A stretch of DNA of 64,000 nt from an uncultured Aestuariivirga sp. (GCA_964408555.1 CAYOZR010000001.1:1416-65415); one strand, 5' to 3'; counted from the first letter of the stretch, positions 39,736 through 49,761 are shown. The notes: generated from the sequence alone by a model not told the origin. Translations and numbers: made by a program.

Positions 39736-40944
39736 ATGACACCTATGAAGAATGTCGAGCACTTCACGATCTTCAAGCACAATGAGCATTGCGTCAATCA
39801 GGTCGCAACCCGTACTCTCAAGAATGGCGATCTTGTCGCTGTCTTCAATGAAGAACGCTTCCCCTATCATCATGACAGCGGCCAAACGCTGCTCTCACGC
39901 TCGAAGAACGGCGGCAAGACATGGAGCAAACCCGGTGTTGTCCTGCCCTGGACGGCGACGCAGGGCAATTGGGACTGTGGAATCTGCGAGCTCGACGATG
40001 GCAGCCTGATTGTCAATCTCACCATCACCGGCTTCTTCAAGCGCGGCATCAAGCCGGCACAACCGTCGTGGAGTTCACATCCGCACACCAAGGAATGGGG
40101 TGATTGGACCTGGGCTTACAAGACGCAGGCTTGGCTCGGAACCTATGTGGTGAAATCGACAGATGGCGGCATCACATGGTCTGCGCCGGTGCCTGTAAAC
40201 GTGCGCCCGCTGAAACACGGTGGATGCCGACTCGGATGCTGGTTACTGCCGAACGGTTCTCTGCTCATGGGTCTCTATGGCCGCATCCATGGTTATGAGG
40301 AGGAAGGTGAGGGAGAAAGCACGCGGTCCGCCCTCATGCGCTCGGACGATGGTGGCGAGAACTGGGAATACTACTCGACACTCGCATATGACCCCGCGAA
40401 CATCATCGACTATGAAGAACCGGGTCTGCTGCGTCTCAAGGATGGGCGGCTCGTCTGCTTCATGCGAACACATGCCAATCCGAGCAGCGATGCGAAGAAC
40501 ATGGTGATGACCATCTCCGAAGACGATGGATTCAGCTGGACACCGCCGAAATGGACCAACATCTGGGGTTATCCGCCAGAACTCTTAGCACTTCAGGATG
40601 GCCGCTATCTTATGGTCTATGGCTATCGTCGGCCGCCCTATGGCGTGCGCGCCATCATCTCCGAGGACGGTATCACCTGGGACCAGAAGAATGAGTTCGT
40701 CATTCGCGAAGGCGGCGTACCCGGTGGAACGGTGACTGAGACACCGGGATCTAGTCGCATGTCGCCGGCTTCCGGCAAGATCGCCGGCGGCGGCGTTGAT
40801 TGGAACAATCCGGGCATATATCAGCATATCGGCTATCCGAGCGTAGCCCAGATGCCGGATGGTACCGTGGTTTGCTCCTTCCATGAATGGAGCGACGACC
40901 CGAAACCCCTCCAATATGTCCGCTGTACGAGGTTTCGTGTTTGA
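39736..40944 (+). CDS. BNR/Asp-box sialidase-like beta-propeller protein 1
   Basis: Asp boxes SKNGGKTW, STDGGITW, SDDGGENW, SEDDGFSW, SEDGITW; GYP near C-terminus; no signal peptide. Confidence 0.8.
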   Translation: MTPMKNVEHFTIFKHNEHCVNQVATRTLKNGDLVAVFNEERFPYHHDSGQTLLSRSKNGGKTWSKPGVVLPWTATQGNWDCGICELDDGSLIVNLTITGFFKRGIKPAQPSWSSHPHTKEWGDWTWAYKTQAWLGTYVVKSTDGGITWSAPVPVNVRPLKHGGCRLGCWLLPNGSLLMGLYGRIHGYEEEGEGESTRSALMRSDDGGENWEYYSTLAYDPANIIDYEEPGLLRLKDGRLVCFMRTHANPSSDAKNMVMTISEDDGFSWTPPKWTNIWGYPPELLALQDGRYLMVYGYRRPPYGVRAIISEDGITWDQKNEFVIREGGVPGGTVTETPGSSRMSPASGKIAGGGVDWNNPGIYQHIGYPSVAQMPDGTVVCSFHEWSDDPKPLQYVRCTRFRV

Positions 40945-40958
40945 TCGAACGGCGGACA

Positions 40959-42179
40959 ATGGCGACGACAGCAAAAGCAATGAAGGCAGAGACGATGGAG
41001 GCAATGGTGGTGGCCCCGGAAGCCGTGGAGCATAAGGTAATCCACCGCGACCCCTTCACTTATTGCGCCCATCCGCATCTGGTCGCTGCGACACACGACA
41101 ACTGGCTACTCGTCTTCACCCAGTCAGTCCGCCGCAACCTCGTCCTGCATCCACCGCAAGACCCCTTTTACTGCAACATGCTGATGCGCTCATCCGATGA
41201 GGGGCGAAGCTGGTCGGGACCTTCGATCGTACCGGGCTTCCGCTGGCATGGCGTCGAATGCGCTGGCCTGACAAGCCTCAAGTCAGGCCGCATTCTCCTC
41301 AATCAATGGCGTTTCGACTGGCATACGCTGGCTTCTGCGGAAACCAATCTGCGGCCAAATGAATACAAGCGCCCGGAAGACCTGATGAGCGCCGACGCCA
41401 TGGCGGCCGAGCTTGCCGACTGGATACCCGACCGGGCATCGATTGCCACCCGCTTTCCTTGGGCGCGCGGCTCGGGTGAGACATGGATTCACCGTTCCGA
41501 TGACGGTGGGCGAACTTTCGTTAAAGCAGCCCGAATAGATACATCGCCCTATAGCGGCGGTTATGGCATGCGCGGTGGCATTGAACTCGACGAGGGTGAG
41601 ATCATCCTGCCGCTTAGCGATGTTCCGCATTATCGGAATGTCTTCATCGTGCGTTCGCGTGACGGTGGCGAAAGTTGGTCGGCTTCGCAGCATGTCGCTG
41701 GTAGCGATGGCCATGCTTTCGAAGAGCCAGCACCGCTCCTACTGAGTTCCGGCCGCATTGTCATGATGCTTCGTGACAATGTTACCCGCATTCTTCATTG
41801 CGTTCATTCCTTGGATGGCGGAGGGAGTTGGAGTGTGCCCGCGCCGACGGGTATCACCGATTATCCGGCCCATTTGCTTGAATTGCCCGATCGCAGAATT
41901 GCCTGTGTCGCCGGCCGCAGGGTGGCACCCTTTGGTGTCATGCTTTATGTCTCAGAAGATGGCGGGGTGAGCTGGAATTCCAGCCGACCGACGAGTGTGA
42001 GAACCGGCTTGCCCAATCGCGATCTGGGATACCCCACGATGGCCATCAGGCAGGACGGCAGCCTGTTCGTCGCCTACTACGCCCAAGACCGCGATTGCAT
42101 CACCGGGCTCCACGCGAGCATCGTCGGCCCACATTTACTGGGGCACGCAAATCAAAAGGAATCGCATGGCGGGAATTGA
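40959..42179 (+). CDS. BNR/Asp-box sialidase-like beta-propeller protein 2
   Basis: SSDEGRSW, SDDGGRTF, SRDGGESW, SLDGGGSW, SEDGGVSW, DLGYP; start uncertain. Confidence 0.8.
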   Translation: MATTAKAMKAETMEAMVVAPEAVEHKVIHRDPFTYCAHPHLVAATHDNWLLVFTQSVRRNLVLHPPQDPFYCNMLMRSSDEGRSWSGPSIVPGFRWHGVECAGLTSLKSGRILLNQWRFDWHTLASAETNLRPNEYKRPEDLMSADAMAAELADWIPDRASIATRFPWARGSGETWIHRSDDGGRTFVKAARIDTSPYSGGYGMRGGIELDEGEIILPLSDVPHYRNVFIVRSRDGGESWSASQHVAGSDGHAFEEPAPLLLSSGRIVMMLRDNVTRILHCVHSLDGGGSWSVPAPTGITDYPAHLLELPDRRIACVAGRRVAPFGVMLYVSEDGGVSWNSSRPTSVRTGLPNRDLGYPTMAIRQDGSLFVAYYAQDRDCITGLHASIVGPHLLGHANQKESHGGN

Positions 42180-43269
42180 ACTTTCAGGCGTCGCCAAGTC
42201 GTTTGGCGATATTGCCGTCATACGGGGTGTTGATCTTGCTATCGACCATGGTGAGTTCATCGTATTTGTCGGTCCTTCCGGCTGCGGCAAGTCTACGCTC
42301 CTGCGCATGATTTGCGGGCTTGAGCCGATCACCGCAGGTACGATTTCGATCGGTGGCAAGTCTATGCAGGGCGTGCCACCTGCGAAGCGCGGTGTCGCCA
42401 TGGTGTTCCAGAACTATGCTCTCTATCCGCATATGACAGTTGCGGAAAACATGGGCTTTTCCCTCCTCATGGAAGGACTGCCGAAAGGTGAACGCGATCA
42501 AAGAGTCGCGAGGGCCTCCGAAACGCTACATCTTGGCGAACTTCTCTCGCGCAAGCCAAAGGAACTGTCGGGCGGTCAGCGCCAGCGCGTTGCGATCGGT
42601 CGGGCTATCGTCCGCAGTCCGGAAGTCTTTCTGTTCGACGAACCTCTCTCCAATCTTGATGCTGAACTCAGGGTGCAGATGCGACTCGAACTTGTCAAAC
42701 TGCATCGCAAGCTCGACGCCACGATGATCTACGTCACGCATGATCAGACGGAAGCCATGACACTTGCTGACCGCATTGTGGTGCTGCGGAAGGGTATCAT
42801 CGAACAGATCGGCGCGCCGCTCGAAATATATGCATCGCCGCGGAACAAGTTCGTTGCCGGTTTCATAGGTTCACCCAAGATGAGTTTCTTGTCTGCGAAG
42901 GTGGATCGCGTCAAGGGCAGGAAGATCATGCTGATTGTGGAAGGAATGACGCCCAATACAGTCGAGCTGGAAGTCGCAGGCGTCGAGCCTGCGTTGGAGC
43001 ATGTTGAGCTGGGCATAAGGCCCGAGCATTTCAGCCTGCATGGAGGCAATGGTCCACGCCTTGATGTGATTATTGACATCGTGGAGAAGCTAGGAAGCGA
43101 AAGCTACCTGCATGTGCCGGATCACCCGGCGGGACCGCTGATCATCCGGCAAGGCGAAGGCCGCCCGGCGAAACCGGGCGGCAAGCCCACGGCCATCGGC
43201 GTCAATTGGGATCAGGTCCATCTGTTTTCACCCGACGGCCGGGCCATCGCCCTAAAGCGGAAAGCCTGA
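42166..43269 (+). CDS. MalK/UgpC-like ABC ATPase
   Basis: GPSGCGKST, VFQNYALYPHM, LSGGQRQR, FIGSP. Confidence 0.93.
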   Translation: MAGIELSGVAKSFGDIAVIRGVDLAIDHGEFIVFVGPSGCGKSTLLRMICGLEPITAGTISIGGKSMQGVPPAKRGVAMVFQNYALYPHMTVAENMGFSLLMEGLPKGERDQRVARASETLHLGELLSRKPKELSGGQRQRVAIGRAIVRSPEVFLFDEPLSNLDAELRVQMRLELVKLHRKLDATMIYVTHDQTEAMTLADRIVVLRKGIIEQIGAPLEIYASPRNKFVAGFIGSPKMSFLSAKVDRVKGRKIMLIVEGMTPNTVELEVAGVEPALEHVELGIRPEHFSLHGGNGPRLDVIIDIVEKLGSESYLHVPDHPAGPLIIRQGEGRPAKPGGKPTAIGVNWDQVHLFSPDGRAIALKRKA

Positions 43270-43380
43270 GAATGAAATCTGTCGCCACAAGTTAACGTCA
43301 CGCCGACAGGCGTCAATGAATAACTGGGCTGCTATGGACATAGGGTCCGTACAGTTCGCAAGACAAGATGGGGAAGGTGT

Positions 43381-44358
43381 ATGAATCCTGAAGTTATGAA
43401 GTCCCGGCTTGCGGGCTGCTACGTGACAATCCCGACGCCCTTCGAGGACAGGGCGGGCTTTCCGGTGAACCATGCGGCATTGCGAAGTTACGTCAAGTTT
43501 CTCTTACAGGGCGGCCTCACCACAGGCTATGCGACCCTTCTAGCAGGCGGAGCCGCTGGCGATTTCTCGACAATGACATTCGATGAACGCATCCGTGTCG
43601 CCGAAACGGTTGTTGACGAATCTAATGGCCGCGTGCCTTTGGCTTTCGGTGGGCAATCGACAAGCACGCTCGAACTTGTGCGCCTGGCAGAAGCGGCGCA
43701 GGCCATGGGCTTTGATTTCATGCAGGTCTCTTGCCCGTTCTATTTCACGCATACAGAAGGAGATTTCGAGGAGTTCGTGATCGCCGCCGCCAAGGCCGCG
43801 CCCAAAGTCGGCATGATCATTTACAACACGTTCTGGACCGCAACTGGCATGTCTTTTGGCATGATCGATCGTCTTGCACTCATACCCAATATCGTTGGCC
43901 TTAAATGGGCGACTCCACGCACCGACGCGATGGAATTCGAGGATGTGACGTCGCATTTTTCTGAACGGTTCACCATCATCGACAACAATCTCTTCTTCCC
44001 TTACTCGGCTATGCCCGCTTTGGGCGCCCGTGCTTTTGAAGTGCATTTGTGCAATTACTGGCCGGAATGGGGCATCAAGCTCATCGACGAAGTGCGAGCG
44101 CAGAACTATGTCGAGATCTCGCGAATGATGATCGAGGAAGCCATGCCATTCTACAAGCTTTGGGTGGAAATAGAACGAAACTACACAAGCGGCGACGGGT
44201 ATCTTGACAAGCTTTGTATGGAACTTGTGGGGCTTCCTTCGAGCCGCTGCAGGCCACCCACCCGTGATATCCGCGAGAACTATCGCGATGCGGCGCTCCA
44301 GATGCTGAAGAAAATCGGCGCCCCGCGGCTGATCAGAAAGGGAGACAATTCCTCATGA
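43381..44358 (+). CDS. DHDPS/N-acetylneuraminate lyase family protein
   Basis: TIPTPF, GGAAGDF (variant of GxxGE), IYN, VGLKW Schiff-base Lys. Confidence 0.82.
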   Translation: MNPEVMKSRLAGCYVTIPTPFEDRAGFPVNHAALRSYVKFLLQGGLTTGYATLLAGGAAGDFSTMTFDERIRVAETVVDESNGRVPLAFGGQSTSTLELVRLAEAAQAMGFDFMQVSCPFYFTHTEGDFEEFVIAAAKAAPKVGMIIYNTFWTATGMSFGMIDRLALIPNIVGLKWATPRTDAMEFEDVTSHFSERFTIIDNNLFFPYSAMPALGARAFEVHLCNYWPEWGIKLIDEVRAQNYVEISRMMIEEAMPFYKLWVEIERNYTSGDGYLDKLCMELVGLPSSRCRPPTRDIRENYRDAALQMLKKIGAPRLIRKGDNSS

Positions 44359-44500
44359 CCGTTCGGCCGCTGTTACCAATTATCAGCACTCATCACGACA
44401 AGAAGAAGGCACGACGTCGCCTCTTGAGGTTCGAACGTGCCCATATCCTGAGGCCTGACGGGAAGACGCCGTCAGTAAACAACCAAAAGGGAAAACTGCA

Positions 44501-44919
44501 ATGAAGTATGTTAAGACAGTGGTGGCGGGCGCAGCCGCGATGGTTATCCCCATGAGCTGTCTGGCGGCATGCAGCAGCGTGCCGCCTTCTGCCAGGCCAT
44601 GGTCCACAATCCCAAGATCATGCTACTTGATGAGCCGCTCGGTAAGCTGGATGCCATGACGCGTGAGCGTATCCGGACTGATCTCCAAAGCCTCTGGATG
44701 CAACAGCGTCCGACCGCCGTGTTTATGACTCACTCGATCGAAGAAGCAGTACAACTGTCAACCAAGGTGGCCGTCATTACACCCAGGCCCGGCCGGATCG
44801 AGACGGTGATTCCGATCGACCTTCCATTTCCCCGCGATCTTGACGTCAAGAACTCACCGGCGTTCATCCGCCATGTCCGCGACATTCAGGAGATTTTCCG
44901 TGGCTATGGCGTCATCTGA
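44501..44919 (+). pseudogene. Deletion fusion: SBP signal-peptide start joined to C-terminal half of an SsuB/TauB-type ABC ATPase
   Basis: ATG 44501 with SD gives MKYVKTVVAGAAAM; another frame reads YPHELSGGMQQR...LLDEP...THSIEEAV but has no Walker A. Confidence 0.75.
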
Positions 44920-45709
44920 GAAGCTGAGATTCATGTCCCGCGTCCAGGGCTGGATAACGCAGCCATGGATGTTCATAGCTTTCTTTGTGGGGTTTTTCCT
45001 TTTTTGGGAATGGTCGGTCGTCCTGTTCGACATCCCGCGCTACATCCTTACGCCGCCCTCTCTCGTCGTTCAGAAAGGTTGGGCCGACATTGATCGACTC
45101 CTCTACTACACGTATGTGACTGGACTGGAGACCGTCATCGGTTATCTGGTTGCCGTTGTGGTCGCTACGCCTCTCGGCCTCGCCATTGCTTTCTCGTCGA
45201 TCCTGCGGCGGACCGTATACCCATTCTTCGTGTGCATTGAGATGGTACCAAAGATCGCCTTCGCACCACTGTTCATCTCGTGGCTTGGCTTTGGCTTGTT
45301 GCCAAAGGTCATCATCGTTTTCCTCGTCTGCTTCTTCCCCGCCGTGCTGAACGCTATCCTTGCACTCAATTCGCTCAGTGAAGAACTGACCCGCTTCTGC
45401 AGGTCAACGGGTGCCAGCGTGTGGCGGACCTTTCTCAAGGTTCGGCTGCCGGCAGCGATGCCGCAGTGTTTCGTCGGTTTCAAATATGCCGCGATCAACG
45501 CCACGGTCGGCGCCGCCATCGCCGAGTTCATCGGCTCTGACCAGGGGCTCGGCTTCTATATCCAAATCGTCACCGGCAACATGCGCCCGGATCTGGCCTT
45601 TGCCGGCATCTTCTTTCTCACCGCGCTCGGGCTGGTGCTGTTCGGATTCGTGACTCTTGCCGAACGGTTTCTCGTTCCATGGCACATTTCTGTAAGACGG
45701 ATGTCATGA
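44906..45709 (+). CDS. SsuC/TauC-type ABC permease
   Basis: LTPPS, PKIAFAPL, GAAIAEFIGS..GLG. Confidence 0.9.
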   Translation: MASSEKLRFMSRVQGWITQPWMFIAFFVGFFLFWEWSVVLFDIPRYILTPPSLVVQKGWADIDRLLYYTYVTGLETVIGYLVAVVVATPLGLAIAFSSILRRTVYPFFVCIEMVPKIAFAPLFISWLGFGLLPKVIIVFLVCFFPAVLNAILALNSLSEELTRFCRSTGASVWRTFLKVRLPAAMPQCFVGFKYAAINATVGAAIAEFIGSDQGLGFYIQIVTGNMRPDLAFAGIFFLTALGLVLFGFVTLAERFLVPWHISVRRMS

Positions 45710-46641
45710 CCAGCATCTTTGCCTGCCTTTCGTTGACTGACAGACAGGCCTCCCGGCTGCGGGCTGCAGTGGGGACTGTGATGGTTCACGTTCACCCTGA
45801 CCTTAACGAAGACGCCGTCGTGCGTAAAGTCTTCGATACCTGCGAGATTGTCTTTGGCAATCCACCCGCCGGCTGGATCGTGGGCAGCCCCGCTCTCCGT
45901 TGGGTGCAACTTGAATCCGTCGGCTTTAGCGAGTACGCCAGCTTCGGCTGGCCGCGTCTCGGCCAGCGGATACAAATGACAAATCTCGCAGGTTTTTTTG
46001 CCGAACCAGTTGCCGAATCCATCCTGGCCGGAATTCTGGCGTTGTATCGCGGCATCGACCGGATTGCTCTCCTTCGGGATCGCGGCGAGTGGTTGGGAGA
46101 TGCGCTACGCCCTACGCTCAAGACGCTGGTTGGAGCAAAAATTGTGCTCTTTGGAATGGGTGCGATCAATCGCCGCCTCGCAGAGCTGCTGACTCCATTC
46201 GGTTGGGCCGTGAAGGGTTTTGGGCGAGGCTGGACAGACGGCGAGATGGACCTTGCGCTCAGCAGCGCCGATGTTGTTGTCTGCACGGTGCCAGATACGC
46301 CAGCCACGCGTGGTCTCTTTGATCGCAATCGCATTGGAAAACTTAAGCCCGGCAGCCTCTTCGTAAACTTCGGCCGCGGCTCTCTCGTCGACGAAGACGC
46401 TCTTGCCGATGCGCTGGAGTCCGGGCTTCTCTCGGGCGCTGTCGTTGATGTGACGAAGGACGAACCTCTGCCCCCGGGCCACAGGTTCTGGTCGTGCAGG
46501 AACATGCTGCTGACACAGCACAGTGGTGGGGGAACTGGGACTGAGGTTGAGCGGAAGATCGACTTCTTCCTCGCCAATCTGGACCGCTACCGGCGCAATA
46601 AGGCGCTTCATGGAAGAGTAGATTTCGCAAGAGGATATTGA
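45706..46641 (+). CDS. D-2-hydroxyacid dehydrogenase family protein
   Basis: PVAE, GMGAI, NFGRG, DVTKDEPL, TQH. Confidence 0.9.
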   Translation: MTSIFACLSLTDRQASRLRAAVGTVMVHVHPDLNEDAVVRKVFDTCEIVFGNPPAGWIVGSPALRWVQLESVGFSEYASFGWPRLGQRIQMTNLAGFFAEPVAESILAGILALYRGIDRIALLRDRGEWLGDALRPTLKTLVGAKIVLFGMGAINRRLAELLTPFGWAVKGFGRGWTDGEMDLALSSADVVVCTVPDTPATRGLFDRNRIGKLKPGSLFVNFGRGSLVDEDALADALESGLLSGAVVDVTKDEPLPPGHRFWSCRNMLLTQHSGGGTGTEVERKIDFFLANLDRYRRNKALHGRVDFARGY

Positions 46642-47846
46642 TGTCGCGTATCGAGAACGTAAGATGCATATTGCTTAGCTCGCCTTATGCGGATTCGGAT
46701 GATCCCGAAATCAAGGAGTGCTTCCCGAATGGCCCGAAGCGGACCATCGGCATGGTCGAAGTCACTCTCGACAATGGCGTGACGGGCCTTGGTGAGGGCT
46801 ACCTTGCCGTGTTCGCACCTCTGGTGTTCAAGTCCATTGTTGATCTCTGCCGTCCTCAGGTTGAGGGCAAAGACGGTTTCGACATCGAGCGGCGTGTGCG
46901 AGATTTGCGCAGTCTCTGCGATTACTGGTCTCGGCAGGGCGCGGCCCGCCATGTCATCAGCGCATTTGAAATCGCCCTGCAGGATGCGAAAGGCAAGAGC
47001 CTCAACCGGCCGGTCTATGATCTGTTGGGCGGCGCCAAATCCGAAAGCATTCAAATCTATGGCAGCGGTGGCTGCTGCGATGCAAAGCACCAATTCATTC
47101 GAGAGCTGGACCTCCTGCAATCGAAGGGTATCAAACTCTACAAGATTCGGTCTGTGAAGCGGGACATTTACCGGACAGCCTGGATACTTGAGGAAGCTGC
47201 AAAGCGGGGCATTAAGGTGGGTATCGACATGTGCCAGAACCTCGCTGATCCGCCACAAGCTGTCGATGATGTGGTAAAGTTCGTTGAATCCGTCCGCGCT
47301 GTCAGCCCTCAGCCCATCATGTTTTTGGAGGAAGCCATCGGGCCCGATTCCCCCGAAGGCTTCAGGGAGCTCCGTAGTCGCATCGATGTTCCTGTGTATG
47401 GTGGAGAAATCATCACCACTCCCAAGGAGATGATCGATCGCATCAAACAGGGTGCCTACGACTGCGTTCAGCCTGATGCCTCGGTCATGGGAGGCATCTC
47501 GGCTATCATGGATGTCTTTGCTGCCGCGAAGACCAGCGGCACACGTGTTGTGGTCCATGCCTGGGGAGGTGCCGCCGCCATCATGGCGAGCTACCATGCG
47601 GCGTTCGCGGCGGGTGGCGATCTGGTGGAGTATCCGATGCTCGATTTCCCGCTAGGAGCTGAGATGATCGGAGACCAGGGGCGCATTGAAGGGGGACGAT
47701 TGTTGAAGCCGTCAGCGTCGGGGATCGGGGTCACACTCACTACGGAGATAGAAACGCGCTATCCGTTTGACCCCGCCGCCGTTTACAGCTGCGTGCTTCA
47801 CGATTGGGGCCCCCCACCAGATGAATACTGGCGGCGGCAGGATTGA
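46641..47846 (+). CDS. Mandelate racemase/muconate lactonizing (enolase superfamily) enzyme
   Basis: GLGE, A.QD..GK..NRPVYDLLGG, YKIR, D/EE/GE metal ligands, QPD, H.W. Confidence 0.9.
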   Translation: MSRIENVRCILLSSPYADSDDPEIKECFPNGPKRTIGMVEVTLDNGVTGLGEGYLAVFAPLVFKSIVDLCRPQVEGKDGFDIERRVRDLRSLCDYWSRQGAARHVISAFEIALQDAKGKSLNRPVYDLLGGAKSESIQIYGSGGCCDAKHQFIRELDLLQSKGIKLYKIRSVKRDIYRTAWILEEAAKRGIKVGIDMCQNLADPPQAVDDVVKFVESVRAVSPQPIMFLEEAIGPDSPEGFRELRSRIDVPVYGGEIITTPKEMIDRIKQGAYDCVQPDASVMGGISAIMDVFAAAKTSGTRVVVHAWGGAAAIMASYHAAFAAGGDLVEYPMLDFPLGAEMIGDQGRIEGGRLLKPSASGIGVTLTTEIETRYPFDPAAVYSCVLHDWGPPPDEYWRRQD

Positions 47847-47851
47847 ACGAT

Positions 47852-47889
47852 TGACCAGCCCCACCTGAGTGGTCCAGGTTGAATGTTTT
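47852..47889. repeat. Possible solo IS3-family terminal repeat remnant
   Basis: TGACCAGCCCCACCTGAGTGGTCCAGG resembles TG-starting IS3-type ends from memory; no partner end seen. Confidence 0.3.
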
Positions 47890-48070
47890 GTATGCACCTT
47901 TGATCTACTCCAGGTAGTGGGTCAGTCTGAAATTGAACGAACAAATAAGTGGAAATCAGACAAATAGTAGTGAGTGACGGGTTTTTCGCGTTCTATGAAT
48001 ATGAGGCATGGAATCGTGCGTGGTTGCCAGCCCGTGGTTTGTTCGCTATATATTCCACAGGAAAAAGATC

Positions 48071-48757
48071 ATGATTCTTACCGACCAGCAAATCAGGAAA
48101 GCCATCAAATCGGGCGATATTAGAATCGTTCCTTTTGACGACAAGCAAGTTCAACCCGCCAGTATCGATCTTCGCGTAGGAGATGAGGGTGCGACGACCA
48201 AGCATAAGCGTAAGGTAAACCTCAAGGAGACGGGCGTCTTGATTCTAGAGCCTGGCGATTTTGCTGTTATTTCAATTCTTGAAAAAATTAAACTTGGCCC
48301 TCAGTATGCAGGTCGCATTGGTCTACGATCGAAGTATGCGCGAAAGGGACTGATTGCCACAACTGGGCCCCAAATCGACCCAGGATTCGACGGTGGATTA
48401 ACTCTTGGCATGGCTAATTTAACGCCTCGCCCAGTATCCATCAGTCACAATGACGATATTCTAACTCTTGAGCTTCACAAACTCTCTGAACCCGTGAAAA
48501 AACCATATAATGGCCCATATCAGCATATTTATGGCCTTTCGGCCGATGATTTAGAAGCAATTGCTGAGGGGGATGGATTGGCCTTTTCCGAAGTGCTGAC
48601 CACTTTGCGCTCTCTGAGCGCGAACGTTGGCGATCTCACGTCGCAGATGAGAAGTAGCGCATCACAAATGAAAACCATGCAATGGGCGATTGGCTTTGGA
48701 TTGGCCCTAATTGGCGTCGGATTGGCTATAGTTGGCGTGATAGTAGCGCTGAAATAG
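48071..48757 (+). CDS. dCTP deaminase/dUTPase-fold protein with C-terminal coiled coil and TM helix
   Basis: MILTD..I, QPASIDLR, RSKYARKGL, IDPGFDG, PYNGPYQ; ends WAIGFGLALIGVGLAIVGVIVALK. Confidence 0.85.
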   Translation: MILTDQQIRKAIKSGDIRIVPFDDKQVQPASIDLRVGDEGATTKHKRKVNLKETGVLILEPGDFAVISILEKIKLGPQYAGRIGLRSKYARKGLIATTGPQIDPGFDGGLTLGMANLTPRPVSISHNDDILTLELHKLSEPVKKPYNGPYQHIYGLSADDLEAIAEGDGLAFSEVLTTLRSLSANVGDLTSQMRSSASQMKTMQWAIGFGLALIGVGLAIVGVIVALK

Positions 48758-48769
48758 CATTTAATGGTT

Positions 48770-49642
48770 TTATTTTTTGTAGAAGCCGCGCTTCCTATCA
48801 ATTTTGGCTTCTTCATTTTCAACAAGCGCCACAATATCTCCAATTTCCCAAAGGCGGTCTGAAATGCCAGCGGCCATTGCTGGCGACATGCGCAGCTTAG
48901 AATGCAATCTCACAAAATTGTAATACATCATATGAAGTGCAACAGCATAGGCGTGATTTTCGACTTTCTTTGAAAAGCCATTTGTCAGCCGCGTGAACCG
49001 GCGCATATGCATGCGGATTGTGAGATTCTGCCGTTCCACATAGGACGTGCTGACATGAACCGGATCGGGGTCGCCTTCGATGCGATGCTTTTGGGTGCCG
49101 ATACATTCAGCCGGGCTGTACTTGCCCTTGGCGCTCTCAGGCGAAGCACCATAGACCTTGTGGAGAATGGCATAGTCAATGTCGCCACCGAAAGCACCTT
49201 CCACAGCTTCAAGATACGCCTTGTGCCCGTCGCTCGTTAACTGGACGCGATTTGCGAGGCGGGTTCTCAGATCATCGATAAACCACATAGCGCATTCGCC
49301 ATCGCGTCCGCCGATAAAGTAGGAGACAATCAGCTTGGTATCGGCTTCAAGAGCGGTCCAAGTCCAGGTATCGCCCGCGCCGTCGGGGGCAGCTTTCGCG
49401 CCTGCCACGTTCCGTTGCTTCGCATAGGTGAAGCTCCAGATTTCATCAACCTGAATGCGCTTGGCCTTCACGTTCCGCACGTTCACGTCGTGATAGGCGG
49501 CGCACGCCTTGCCCGCGTCGATCATAAGCTTGATGACCGTGTTCTTGCTGGTGCCGGTCAGGCGGGTGACGGCGCGGATCGATGACCCCTCACACAGCAT
49601 ATGGAGGATGCGGGCACGGTCTTCGTGGGAAAGTTTTTTCAT
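48770..49642 (-). CDS. IS1-family-like DDE transposase
   Basis: N-terminal HTH (EGSSIRAVTRLTGTSKNTV), QVDEIW, TSDG, YVERQN..RRFTR.T..FSK. Confidence 0.9.
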   Translation of the reverse strand: MKKLSHEDRARILHMLCEGSSIRAVTRLTGTSKNTVIKLMIDAGKACAAYHDVNVRNVKAKRIQVDEIWSFTYAKQRNVAGAKAAPDGAGDTWTWTALEADTKLIVSYFIGGRDGECAMWFIDDLRTRLANRVQLTSDGHKAYLEAVEGAFGGDIDYAILHKVYGASPESAKGKYSPAECIGTQKHRIEGDPDPVHVSTSYVERQNLTIRMHMRRFTRLTNGFSKKVENHAYAVALHMMYYNFVRLHSKLRMSPAMAAGISDRLWEIGDIVALVENEEAKIDRKRGFYKK

Positions 49643-49673
49643 ACTGACTGTTATGCATGAGAGGTGGGACATT

Positions 49674-49761
49674 TGCAAGCATTCTTTTAATATTTCATGC
49701 TTGCATTCTGTAACCGGGGGCGTTAATAATGCAAGCATAAACTTACGAGAGGATGCTTGCA
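49674..49761. promoter_or_regulatory. Four alternating-orientation TGCAAGCAT boxes in the divergent tnp/P63C promoter
   Basis: TGCAAGCAT at 49674-49682 and 49730-49738; ATGCTTGCA at 49697-49705 and 49753-49761. Confidence 0.65.

Noticed and set aside
39736-44358. Canonical nan (sialic acid) operon
   Set aside because: No nanE/nanK/nagA, no clear FRIP motif, and the lyase lacks the GSTGE motif
48071-48757. Known AvcD-type dCTP deaminase defence system
   Set aside because: Those have a P-loop kinase plus a Zn-dependent deaminase fold; this protein has the trimeric dUTPase fold
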